The position numbers were made by a program, and so were the translations under genes. Of a DNA stretch of 64,000 nucleotides, positions 10,246-18,794 are shown piece after piece. Within the stretch, counting starts at the first letter, position 1. Each line of letters starts with the position of its first letter. The DNA lies in NCBI GenBank assembly GCA_965218585.1, contig CBDCLE010000007.1:1-64000 (forward strand), in the 5' to 3' direction. Under the pieces are notes generated by a model. The model made no database searches. It had not been told where the DNA came from and saw only the letters and a program-made list of their open reading frames with translations. Source of the DNA: Terriglobia bacterium (lineage in GTDB: Bacteria; Acidobacteriota; Terriglobia; 20CM-2-55-15).

Positions 10246-11982
10246 CCCGCATGTTTCACCAGTCCGGCGATCAGGGGGATTTGGGCAGTAAGAATCGGAT
10301 TCGGGAGGATCTGGGTTCGAATTGGGCATGTGTGGCGTGACTCGGCGGTGTCGACAAGCGGGAGTTGCTGCGTTTTCGGGTTCAGAAGAGGGTGACGAAA
10401 CGCACTGAGACAAACCTCGGCGGAGCCGAAAAGAGCGAGTCGATTTTGGCGCAGGGGATCGGGTCGGTTCTCAGCAGCGCAGAGGAAGCGCCTGCAGGTT
10501 TCGATGGACGAGGGCAAAGACCTCGGCGTAGGGATAGGCTTCCGACATGGAGATCCAGATGTTGCGAACCGTCAGACGGACTTGAGCTCCGATCTTGAGG
10601 AGCTTCAAGCGGATCGTCTGGCACTGAGCGCGGGCCAGATCGGTATTCTTCAGTCCCAGACGGCGTAACGCGTGCAGGAGCATGTAGGCGGCCGAGGACA
10701 GATAGAGCCGGAGTTGATTGGCGCGCATGGTTGCCGCGCTGGTCCGGTCGGCGAATAGATCCAACTGCTGTTCCTTGATGCGATTTTCCATGTCGCCCCG
10801 CGCACAGTAAAAGTCTTCATAGAGGGCGCGGGCGTCCAGGCGTTCCGGCGACAGTGAGGTCACAACGAATCGAGGATTGGCGCCTTTCTCCAGGAACTCG
10901 GCCTTGCCGATGACGCGTCGGGTGCAGGTCCAGCTCTTCCGAGTGCGATACCGGAAATCGTTAAACACCCGCGCCGGTTTCCCGGTGTCGTTAAACTCGG
11001 CTTCGGCCTGACTCATCGATTCAGCGATCTCGCGCTTGAGCCGATCGTTCTTGGCCAGACCCACCACGTAATCGACCTGGTGGGCCTCGCACCAACTCAG
11101 CAATTCATCCCGGCAAAAGCCCGAGTCGGCCCGGATGATAATCGACACCTCCGGCCAGCTCTGCCGGATCTGGCCGATGATGCGGTTCAATTCCTCGACG
11201 GCGCCGTCCGCACCGTCGACATTGGAGCACCGCAACCGGGCGCATAGCAGATGCTCTCCCGAAAAGATGTAGAGCGGCAGATAACAGTAGTTGCCGTAGT
11301 AGCCGTGAAAGAACCGTCCTTCCTGATGGCCATGGATCGGATCATCGGTCGCATCCAGGTCCAGAACAATCTCCTCGGGCGCCGATCCGTGAGCCGCCAC
11401 AAATGCATCCACCATCCAGCGGTCGATCTTGTCCGGGTCCATGGCCATCTTCTTGTACCGCTCCTTCCCATCGACTTGCTCCCCGGTCAGTTCCAACCGG
11501 TTCAGCGTACACTTGCCCGCCAACGCTTTTCCCCGGTCTCGGGCCTGCCGCCGCTTCTCCCCCAGTGGATCGGCCTTATCCACCGCCACGGCCAGCATCG
11601 GATCGGTCCGCAGTTGGTCATGATCGTTCAGATCCTCGTAGCCCAGACAGAGTCCGTAGACGCGCTGCCCCAATAACTCGCTCACCGTGTGTTCGATCAA
11701 CCTCGCGTCCCGGTAATCCCTGAAACACTCGGCCAGTCCGGCGATCAGACCCGTTCGCTTTTCCACTTCCCTCAACAGCAGAACCCCAGCGTCGGAGGTG
11801 ATCTTTCCGCCGTCAAAACGCGCCTTCACTTTTCGTTGAAGAAGTCCGTGAAATTCGAACGTCGTTTGGTTACACTCTGTTCTCATAAGGGCCGTCTCCG
11901 TTTGGCTTGTTAAACGTTTATTTCAAAACGCTTTATGCCAGACAGGGCGGCCTTTTCTGGTCCTATCGGTGAAATATGCGGG
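10246..11982 (-). mobile_element. IS1380-family insertion sequence
   Basis: IRs cccgcatgtttcacc / ggtgaaatatgcggg; CTAG duplicated at 10242-10245 and 11983-11986. Confidence 0.92.
10471..11886 (-). CDS. IS1380-family transposase
   Basis: FDGG.ITSDAG, GYEDLND, LDLDATDD, RADSGF, Y..RG.MENRIKE. Confidence 0.95.
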   Translation of the reverse strand: MRTECNQTTFEFHGLLQRKVKARFDGGKITSDAGVLLLREVEKRTGLIAGLAECFRDYRDARLIEHTVSELLGQRVYGLCLGYEDLNDHDQLRTDPMLAVAVDKADPLGEKRRQARDRGKALAGKCTLNRLELTGEQVDGKERYKKMAMDPDKIDRWMVDAFVAAHGSAPEEIVLDLDATDDPIHGHQEGRFFHGYYGNYCYLPLYIFSGEHLLCARLRCSNVDGADGAVEELNRIIGQIRQSWPEVSIIIRADSGFCRDELLSWCEAHQVDYVVGLAKNDRLKREIAESMSQAEAEFNDTGKPARVFNDFRYRTRKSWTCTRRVIGKAEFLEKGANPRFVVTSLSPERLDARALYEDFYCARGDMENRIKEQQLDLFADRTSAATMRANQLRLYLSSAAYMLLHALRRLGLKNTDLARAQCQTIRLKLLKIGAQVRLTVRNIWISMSEAYPYAEVFALVHRNLQALPLRC

Positions 11983-12215
11983 CTAGAAAGTCATCGCCAT
12001 CAAACTCGAAGACGATCCGTTTACCGAGGCGGCGGAGCCCGGTGACTTGACGTTGCTCGAAACTTCCAATTGGAGGATCGATGCTTCGTACAAGGAACGG
12101 GTGATCAGCGACAATCAAAACTCCCGGCCGCATTGACTCATTGAAAATGTTACCGAACTGAGGGTTGTTGCCTCATTAGAAATGTTACCCAACTCTATGA
12201 GAACGGAGGTGGGAA

Positions 12216-13889
12216 GTGAGGACACACATGACTGTTGCGGCAAGGCGAGAATTAGCTCTACGAACGGCGGTTCGCTACAAGAATGCGGCGCGACCGGAGA
12301 AGAAGCGAATCCTGGATGAGTTCCTTGAATCGACCGGGTTCCATCGGAAGCACGCGACACGGCTTCTGAACGACATTCTGAGGGGCGAACGGCCCCGACG
12401 GCAACCGCGCGGCCGGGTCCGTCGATACGGCCCCGCGGTGCAGGCCGCCCTGATCGCGGCCTGGCGCACAGTCAATGATGTCTGTGGCAAACGGCTCGTT
12501 CCGTTTCTGCCGGAGCTGATCCCGACCATGGAGCGTCACGGGCATCTGTCATTGTCTGATAAAACGCGGGCGGATCTGCTTGAGCTGAGCGCCGCCACGG
12601 CTGATCGGATCTTCCGTCAATTCCGATTCGATCATCGACCGCACGGCAAGACCACCACCAAGTCCGGACAGTTACTCAAACACCGCGTTCCGATTCGCAC
12701 ATTCGCCGACTGGGCGGACACGCGGCCGGGATTCATGGAAGCGGACTTGGTTGCACACTGCGGCGGGAACTCGGAAGGCCCTTTCCTCCACACCCTGGTA
12801 CTGACCGACGTGGCGACCGGCTGGACCGAATGTCTGGCGTTGCTACGGCGTACGGAGGCGGACATTCTGCAGGCGCTCACGACGGCACGGCAGATCCTTC
12901 CGTTTCAGCTTGTCGGCCTGGACACGGATAACGGTTCCGAGTTCATGAACTACGGACTCCTCGCCTACTGCGAGCGTGAAACGATTCAATTCACCCGAGG
13001 CCGGGCGCGCCGGAAGAACGACCAGTGCTTCGTCGAACAGAAGAACGGCTCGATCGTCCGCCAATTGGTCGGCTACGACCGCTACGAAGGCTCACTGGCA
13101 TACAGGCAGCTTGCCGAGCTCTACCGAGTGGTCCGGCTCTACGTGAACTTCTTCCAGCCGTCCATGAAGCTCACGACGAAGACTCGCGATGGATCCCGGG
13201 TGACGAAACGCTACGATATCGCGCAAACACCCTATCAACGGCTCTCGAATTCGGATGCGCTCGACCCGGAGGTTCGCGTTCGCCTTGCTGCGATTTATGA
13301 ACGTTCGGATCCGGTCGATCTCCTACGACAGCTTGAGAAACTCCAGGATGCATTCTGGAGACATGCGAAGGAACTGGCCTCTCCCACGCTAACGGACGAC
13401 ATCGTGCGCGCCGCCCTTGTGTCCCCGAACTGCGACGCAGATGCAGACCGAGCCCCGATTGAGGCGGAACTCCCCGATCCCGGCTTCGAGCAACGAATCA
13501 CGCGTCGGTATCGCAAAACACGGAAACAACCTGTGCCCCACACCTGGCGTACTCGCCCGGACCCGTTCGACGGCGTCTGGGAGGAGATGCGGTCATGGCT
13601 TGAATCCGATCCCGGGCGAACATCAAAGTCGCTGTTGCTTGAGCTTCAGCAGCGGCGCCCGGGACGTTACCCCAACGGTCAGTTACGGACCCTGCAGCGG
13701 CGCGTGCGCGAATGGCGGCGTCAGATTCTGGAGACTTTCGATGGCGAGTGGCTCGAACTGGATCGGGTCCGCCCGGCTTCAGCATCTGCGGGCGACGGGG
13801 GCTGTGGAAAAGGCGGTCGCCCCGCGACCTTGGGAAACTCGAAGAGTTTCCCACTTTCCCACAGCCTCGACGGCGGGAAGAACTGGTAG
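12216..13889 (+). CDS. DDE (rve) integrase-type transposase with C-terminal IstA-like domain
   Basis: CGKRL, EADLVAHCG, DTDNGSEF, KNDQCFVEQKN; tail RTRPDPF..W..LRTLQRRVREWR; last codons altered by the nested insertion. Confidence 0.85.
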   Translation: MRTHMTVAARRELALRTAVRYKNAARPEKKRILDEFLESTGFHRKHATRLLNDILRGERPRRQPRGRVRRYGPAVQAALIAAWRTVNDVCGKRLVPFLPELIPTMERHGHLSLSDKTRADLLELSAATADRIFRQFRFDHRPHGKTTTKSGQLLKHRVPIRTFADWADTRPGFMEADLVAHCGGNSEGPFLHTLVLTDVATGWTECLALLRRTEADILQALTTARQILPFQLVGLDTDNGSEFMNYGLLAYCERETIQFTRGRARRKNDQCFVEQKNGSIVRQLVGYDRYEGSLAYRQLAELYRVVRLYVNFFQPSMKLTTKTRDGSRVTKRYDIAQTPYQRLSNSDALDPEVRVRLAAIYERSDPVDLLRQLEKLQDAFWRHAKELASPTLTDDIVRAALVSPNCDADADRAPIEAELPDPGFEQRITRRYRKTRKQPVPHTWRTRPDPFDGVWEEMRSWLESDPGRTSKSLLLELQQRRPGRYPNGQLRTLQRRVREWRRQILETFDGEWLELDRVRPASASAGDGGCGKGGRPATLGNSKSFPLSHSLDGGKNW

Positions 13890-14060
13890 TGGTCTGCTAG
13901 ATTGTTGCTCCGATCCGATTAACTCGGAAAGGGTTCTTTTGGATGGAGCGAACAGACGAAAATATTGGTGAAGGTCTGTCAAATTGTTGAATTCATCCCG
14001 TTCAGGTCAGCTCTCTGGTAATCCAGTAGATTTCATCTGTGGATTGGCTAACCACTATGG

Positions 14061-14300
14061 CTAAGAGGCGGGAGAAAGTAATCTCAAAGCGGAGAACACT
14101 ATCATCACCATGCTCACTATCGCAGCAATGACTCCACCAAGAATCCAGGCTTTAGTTGCCACGTGTTTTATGTTTTCGTCAATGCGCGTCATATTTGTTT
14201 CAACGACGCGCAACCGGCCCTCAAGATCACCTATCAGAGAATAAGCCGACGGCGGACCCTCCGAAGGCGGGCGCTCGGATTCATTGGGGTATCCGTTCAC
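14061..14300 (-). CDS. Small passenger protein, coiled coil plus C-terminal transmembrane helix
   Basis: 79-aa ORF, LEGRLRVVETNMTRID heptads then WILGGVIAAIVSMVMIVF; overlaps the upstream ORF. Confidence 0.6.
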   Translation of the reverse strand: MNGYPNESERPPSEGPPSAYSLIGDLEGRLRVVETNMTRIDENIKHVATKAWILGGVIAAIVSMVMIVFSALRLLSPAS

Positions 14301-14607
14301 TGTTTTTATCTTGCATTCCTTGCATCCAATCCCACAGATCGACGCTGGCGTAGCCGTTATATCCGGATATGGAAATGACGACCACCGACCCGATGTCTAG
14401 GTTATCGTCTTTGGAAAGTTGGCGATATATTTCCGTGGCAGTCCCCTCTCCAGCGACAAACCATTGGCCATCATCGAAATCGAAATAATGCTTCGGAAAA
14501 TCTCTCTCCAATGCCTTCTTCAGGTTTTCGTTTTCGGGGTCGGTAAGGATTGTATACAGTCTCATTTCGTCAGGCCTGGCAACGGAGCATATCAGACCAA
14601 GACGCAT
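14281..14607 (-). CDS. Hypothetical passenger protein
   Basis: 108-aa ORF (real start may be MRLYTILT) directly after the transposase; globular alpha/beta composition. Confidence 0.6.
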   Translation of the reverse strand: MRLGLICSVARPDEMRLYTILTDPENENLKKALERDFPKHYFDFDDGQWFVAGEGTATEIYRQLSKDDNLDIGSVVVISISGYNGYASVDLWDWMQGMQDKNSERIPQ

Positions 14608-14631
14608 TAGATCTACTCCAAGTATGGTGAA

Positions 14632-15579
14632 TCAGGCCGTCCCGATCAACTCCTCCAGGCTCCAGACATGGTTCGTGATACCGGCTTCCATCGCCGGAGT
14701 GACTTTAAGGCTCCCATGAATCCTCACGAAGTTGTACCAGGCGAAGTAGAGCGCGACTGCAGCCTTCAGGTTGTCGAGCTTCTTTGAGAACCCCAGACAG
14801 AGGCGGGTCATCCGGCGAATGAAGGTCCGCATGGTCAGGTTCGCGCGTTCGACATGCGACGTGCATATCATTTCAGGATCGGGGTTTCCGGTGACGCTGG
14901 TTGGGACCGCCCCGACGCACTCTGAAGGCGAATAGCGTACCCTCCGTTCTTCGGTCGGATTGGCGTAGATTTTGATCAACTGGGCGAAGTCGATATCCGC
15001 TCCAAACACATCCTCAACAGCCCCGACGTAAGGCGCGAAACCGTCCGTGGTAAGTTGCATTCTATTCGCCAGCCGTCCGCACAGGTCCGTCATCAGAGCG
15101 AGCGCGTTTAGTCCGGATCGCTTTCCGACGATATAAGAAATGACGAGCTTGGATTTTGGGTCGAGAGCCACCCATGTGTACTGATCGCCGATGGCGCGAT
15201 CATCTTGGCCTCTCCGAACATTCTTCTGTTTGCAGTGGACGAAGGACCAAATCTCGTCAGCCTGGACCTGTTCGACCGTGACGTTTCGGATCTTCTCGTC
15301 AAGGATTCGCTCACACCGCTCCCCGGCCAATGCAAGGACTCGGAGTACGGTTTCCTTGTGAACTCCAGTCAGACGCGAAGCAGCGTTGATCCCGACGCCT
15401 TCCACGAGCAGGTTGAGGATCTGAACGGCATTTTCTTCGGAGATCCGCATGTCACCGAGCGCTCCTTCGGCCTTGAACGTCTTACCGCAGGACAGACAGC
15501 GGTAGCGCTGGACGGGACCGTTAGCGGTTTTGAACTTGCCGGATTTCTTCGCGTGGGCTTTGCAGTGGCAGCATGTCAT
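14632..15579 (-). CDS. IS1-family DDE transposase (zinc ribbon + HTH + DDE in one ORF)
   Basis: C..C/QRYRCLSCGKTF, DEIWSFV, TTDG, TSHVERANLTMR, FSKK, TPAMEAG. Confidence 0.9.
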   Translation of the reverse strand: MTCCHCKAHAKKSGKFKTANGPVQRYRCLSCGKTFKAEGALGDMRISEENAVQILNLLVEGVGINAASRLTGVHKETVLRVLALAGERCERILDEKIRNVTVEQVQADEIWSFVHCKQKNVRRGQDDRAIGDQYTWVALDPKSKLVISYIVGKRSGLNALALMTDLCGRLANRMQLTTDGFAPYVGAVEDVFGADIDFAQLIKIYANPTEERRVRYSPSECVGAVPTSVTGNPDPEMICTSHVERANLTMRTFIRRMTRLCLGFSKKLDNLKAAVALYFAWYNFVRIHGSLKVTPAMEAGITNHVWSLEELIGTA

Positions 15580-15713
15580 TGTGGCCCTTGCCTTTTGATG
15601 GCGACTGGCTCACAATGAAGCTGTATCGGCTATCTCGTGAGCAATCGCGGGTTAGTAAAATGGCCCCATCTGGTGTTACTAGCACTGGGTGGGGCCTTCG
15701 TTTCATGTGCTCT

Positions 15714-15742
15714 ATTAAACAACAAGCCTTGCTGTTTGTCAA
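15714..15742 (-). promoter_or_regulatory. sigma70-like promoter of the IS1-like transposase with an overlapping palindrome
   Basis: TTGACA-17 bp-TTTAAT on the minus strand; near-perfect palindrome aaacaacaag-c-cttgctgttt across the spacer. Confidence 0.55.
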
Positions 15743-16233
15743 GAAATATTCGACAAACCTGACAGGGTATGGCGCCGCTTTTCTCTGGCGTCCATATCGT
15801 CTTCAATTTTTCCTTCGCTTTCTCCTTCAATAGCCCAAAACCCAGGGGCATATGTGCTCTTTCCAAGGGCCTTGACTCCGGGCTTATTTGCCTTGATATG
15901 ACGTAGGATCGAGGATTCGAGCGATGGTCTGGCAATCTCCCTTCCGCGCTCCTCCTGCATTACTTTACGGATTTTGTCGACGTGCAGTGGACGGCCAGTG
16001 GATGCAAGAATCCTCAGAACGTCCTCGATGTATGTAGACGGTTCGGAAGCGCGCTTTCCAGTTTCTGAAGCTTTGCCGCCGTTGAGTGCGTGAAGGACAT
16101 TCGTGAGCTGCGCAATGGCTTCGTTTAGAATGTCTCGCTTTTCGATTAGATCCTCCAAGGCGACACGCTGTTTCGTCAGGTCCATTTTGACTGAACTCCT
16201 ATTAAAAATATCTTTGACTTCATAGATTGCCAT
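15739..16233 (-). CDS. Passenger protein, probable winged-helix DNA-binding protein
   Basis: N-terminal coiled coil, then IEDVLRILASTGRPLHVDKI..SLESSI..ALGKSTY pattern typical of wHTH domains. Confidence 0.55.
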   Translation of the reverse strand: MAIYEVKDIFNRSSVKMDLTKQRVALEDLIEKRDILNEAIAQLTNVLHALNGGKASETGKRASEPSTYIEDVLRILASTGRPLHVDKIRKVMQEERGREIARPSLESSILRHIKANKPGVKALGKSTYAPGFWAIEGESEGKIEDDMDAREKRRHTLSGLSNIS

Positions 16234-16496
16234 AGAGTAGCGTTACCCTCGGAGGGTCGAACTCCAGCCCTCCGGGGGTACGCAAATCGAGCTATAGGAT
16301 TATTGGCTTGATGGCGATCTCTAGTGTGCCGTCTGACCGACACGTAAAGAACGCCTTCCATCCCCGCGGAATTTGCACGCAGATCTGCATAGTAGCATCA
16401 CCACCTTTGCGGGTCTGATTCTTGGGGTCGGATTTCTACGATCCGACCCCAGTTTCCCCAACAATAAAATGCAAAGGGGACAAATCAGGTCCACCT

Positions 16497-16661
16497 TTAT
16501 GTCTTTTTTGGCGGCCTCCCGCCAGATTTGACTTTTCTTTTTGCCTGAAGCTGCCTGAAGTATTCAGGTCCGCGTTTGGCTGTTGTCTTTCCGCCGATCC
16601 TTCCGGACTCCGCGACGATGAGTTTCTTGGGGATGGTTTTTCCGCAGTGTGGACATTTCAT
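16497..16661 (-). CDS. Small basic protein (54 aa), CPHC plus KGG-like motif; below the ORF-track cutoff
   Basis: Hand translation MKCPHCGKTIPKKLIVAESGRIGGKTTAKRGPEYFRQLQAKRKVKSGGRPPKKT. Confidence 0.55.
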   Translation of the reverse strand: MKCPHCGKTIPKKLIVAESGRIGGKTTAKRGPEYFRQLQAKRKVKSGGRPPKKT

Positions 16662-16945
16662 GCAGCACAGGATACTGCAAGGCTTGTTGAATGTCTAACG
16701 GCAGGCACAATCTAACAGACCATTACCGAAGAACTCTCCCGTTTGACCGGTCGTTCGGTAACATTTCTAATGAGGCAACAACCCTCAGTTCGGTAACATT
16801 TTTAAATGAGGCAATACGAGAAGGAATTCTGATTGACGTTGGACAACGGGCTCCGTATGCGGATCTGTTCGAGGCTCTGGCCGACGACTAGCGGGTCAAG
16901 TGCTTCCAGATAGATTTGTATATCGGGAAGTTCGGGCACGACCCT

Positions 16946-17452
16946 TTAGGATTCGAATGGGTTTTCGTCTGCCGATGGACCGTAAACCGAAGGAACGGGG
17001 ATGTCCTTCAGCCGCAGATACACGCCCAGCTGCGCCCGGTGGTGGATCATGTGATGCAGCATCATTCTTCGGATCACGCCCGCTTTGGGTGCCGAGAAGA
17101 GCGCTTCTCCCCCACGGACCAGCGACCAGGTTTTCCCGAATTCTTCATCCGCTGTGCCTTCAATCACCGACTGCGCCTCGGAAACGTTCTTGTTAAACAG
17201 TTCCAGCAGGCCCTTCGTATCGGAGGGGGGTGGGGGTGGCGCTTCGCCTCCGCCGGCATCGAATTCGTCGTGAGCGACGATCAAGGGAACCCAGCTCGGG
17301 AGGCCCGCCACGTGGCTGGCCAGTGCGCCTATAGACATTGATTTATCGTGTGGCTGCCAATCGAACTGATCCATGGGAACGCGTTCGAGGGTTGTCCGCG
17401 TGCTGGGCACTTCCTGACCAAACTCCCGTAGAAATGATTCACTAAACGACAT
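16946..17452 (-). CDS. DinB family protein
   Basis: W.PH.KSMS.G.LA.H, HH.IHHRAQLGVYLR..DIPVP.VYGPSADE; GGAGG RBS. Confidence 0.9.
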   Translation of the reverse strand: MSFSESFLREFGQEVPSTRTTLERVPMDQFDWQPHDKSMSIGALASHVAGLPSWVPLIVAHDEFDAGGGEAPPPPPSDTKGLLELFNKNVSEAQSVIEGTADEEFGKTWSLVRGGEALFSAPKAGVIRRMMLHHMIHHRAQLGVYLRLKDIPVPSVYGPSADENPFES

Positions 17453-17486
17453 ATTGAGACCTCCTGAAATGATTGCAGCTGTTTGC

Positions 17487-18638
17487 TTAGTTGGAGGGTC
17501 TTGCCCAGCCCCCCTCGAAAAACCTTTCCCAAGCCTGAGCCCATGGCCGGCCGAAGTAATCGACATAACCTGGTTCGTTGGGTAGGACCTGGGTCGGTCT
17601 GCCGTCGGGACCGTTAACGACCGTGCCCTGGACCTGGCACTCATGCCATGTATATCTTGCATCCGCATCGTCGAGGCCCGTCCGCCAATTCCAGGGAGTT
17701 ACCGTATGAAGAGGTTCGGTGAAAGCTTCCGGATCGTAGAATGTCGCTTCGACGATGAGCCCGTTTCCATCCGGGTTTGGCCTTAAAACCTCCACTATCT
17801 CGAGCGAGTTGCTGTATTCGAACATCGAGTGCGACATTGCCCATCCCAATGCATTGGCGGTCCAGGCGATGAGCGTGTCACCGTTCCAGAATCCGACAGT
17901 TTCGCCAAACCATTGCGGGACCTGTTGTACGTGTTCCCGGCCGATGAGAACCCTGCGGAGATAGTTGTGACTGGCGCCACTCAGAAACTGGACCTGGTGC
18001 GGTGTGACCATGACTTCGATATCTCTGAGTGTGAATTCCCCCCACCACCGCACTAATCCTTCGGGGTAGCAGAACTGGGAATTCCACTGGGGAGAATTGG
18101 TCACGGCCTCGTGGTAGTTCACCTGAGCCATCCGTTCCTGATACTCGGACGTCAGCAGCGACAGCATCGTAGACGTTTGGACGTTGCGACCGTAAATCCA
18201 CTGCTCGCCCAATGCTCCTCTGGCATACCACCCATCCCATTCAGGCATCGTCTCGCGGGTGTGAACGGTGGGTCCCCCAGCCGCGTCCGCCTGGACCATC
18301 AACGCTCTGTAATGTTCCTCAGCTGTTTGATAGTCGTAAGGGCTCACGATACCGGAGACCTCACGGTCGAGATCGCAGTCGCCCCATTGGCCCATTCTGT
18401 TGTTCCTCCAGATATCGGTCAGCTGCCGGGGTGTATTGCACCTGGCGTAGCGCGGATCCGTCCAGGACTCCTGGTCGAAATAGAAATTCTCCGTCGAGAA
18501 CAGGTCGACCGGAAGCGGCTCTATCCCTTCCGGCGGCGAGTTTTCCTGACCATTTGCAGGTGTTGCCATCAAGATTCCGCTTGCCAAAAGCAGTGCGATC
18601 GAAACCACCGTTATTCCTGTTGAGCGCATAAAGTTCAC
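17487..18638 (-). CDS. Secreted hypothetical protein, paralog 1 of 3
   Basis: Signal peptide; PVD..TENFY.D...[17 protein letters not shown] shared with 21358 and 22667. Confidence 0.85.
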   Translation of the reverse strand: MNFMRSTGITVVSIALLLASGILMATPANGQENSPPEGIEPLPVDLFSTENFYFDQESWTDPRYARCNTPRQLTDIWRNNRMGQWGDCDLDREVSGIVSPYDYQTAEEHYRALMVQADAAGGPTVHTRETMPEWDGWYARGALGEQWIYGRNVQTSTMLSLLTSEYQERMAQVNYHEAVTNSPQWNSQFCYPEGLVRWWGEFTLRDIEVMVTPHQVQFLSGASHNYLRRVLIGREHVQQVPQWFGETVGFWNGDTLIAWTANALGWAMSHSMFEYSNSLEIVEVLRPNPDGNGLIVEATFYDPEAFTEPLHTVTPWNWRTGLDDADARYTWHECQVQGTVVNGPDGRPTQVLPNEPGYVDYFGRPWAQAWERFFEGGWARPSN

Positions 18639-18672
18639 CTCTGTCCAAACTGAGCGTTATTGCTAAAGCGCG

Positions 18673-18701
18673 ATGCTATTACGCCGCGACGGAGGGGTCA
18701 A
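18673..18701 (-). promoter_or_regulatory. sigma70-like promoter, copy 1
   Basis: TTGACC-17 bp-TAGCAT; the 20-bp stretch aagcgcgatgctattacgcc is identical to that at 22551. Confidence 0.65.
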
Positions 18702-18794
18702 GGGGAGGGCGGGGAAGGATCCACATCGTCCGCTGTCGGGCAAGAAAGATGTCCCGATGGACGGGCGTTCTCCATCCCCTCCTTTTAGTGCTGG

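Larger units (their letters stand above)
13885..16727 (-). mobile_element. IS1-family-like element carrying passenger genes
   Basis: IRs ggtagtggtctgctagattgt / revcomp ggtaatggtctgttagattgt; perfect 8-bp TSD gaagaact (13877-13884, 16728-16735). Confidence 0.9.
12102..16845 (+). mobile_element. Unclassified (ISNCY/IS21-like) element with TG..CA ends, 5-bp TSD and repeated subterminal boxes; contains a nested IS1-like element
   Basis: acggg at 12097-12101 and 16846-16850; ends TGATCAGCGACAATCAAAA / revcomp TGTCCAACGTCAATCAGAA; inner ~55-bp IR containing two copies of a ctcatt..aaatgttacc box at each end. Confidence 0.85.
8162..16939 (-). pseudogene. Fpg/Nei-family DNA glycosylase split into four pieces by IS insertions (16939-16846, 12096-11983, 10241-9997, 8623-8162)
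   Basis: Joined pieces total 915 bp in one frame: PELPD N-terminus, RRLGKRI, LHLMIAG, H2[13 protein letters not shown], zinc finger CPACG..YCPTCQ. Confidence 0.9.

Noticed and set aside
12131-16815. Repeated boxes considered as a CRISPR array or att sites
   Set aside because: Only two copies per end, inverted between ends, no spacers or cas genes; explained as IS terminal repeats
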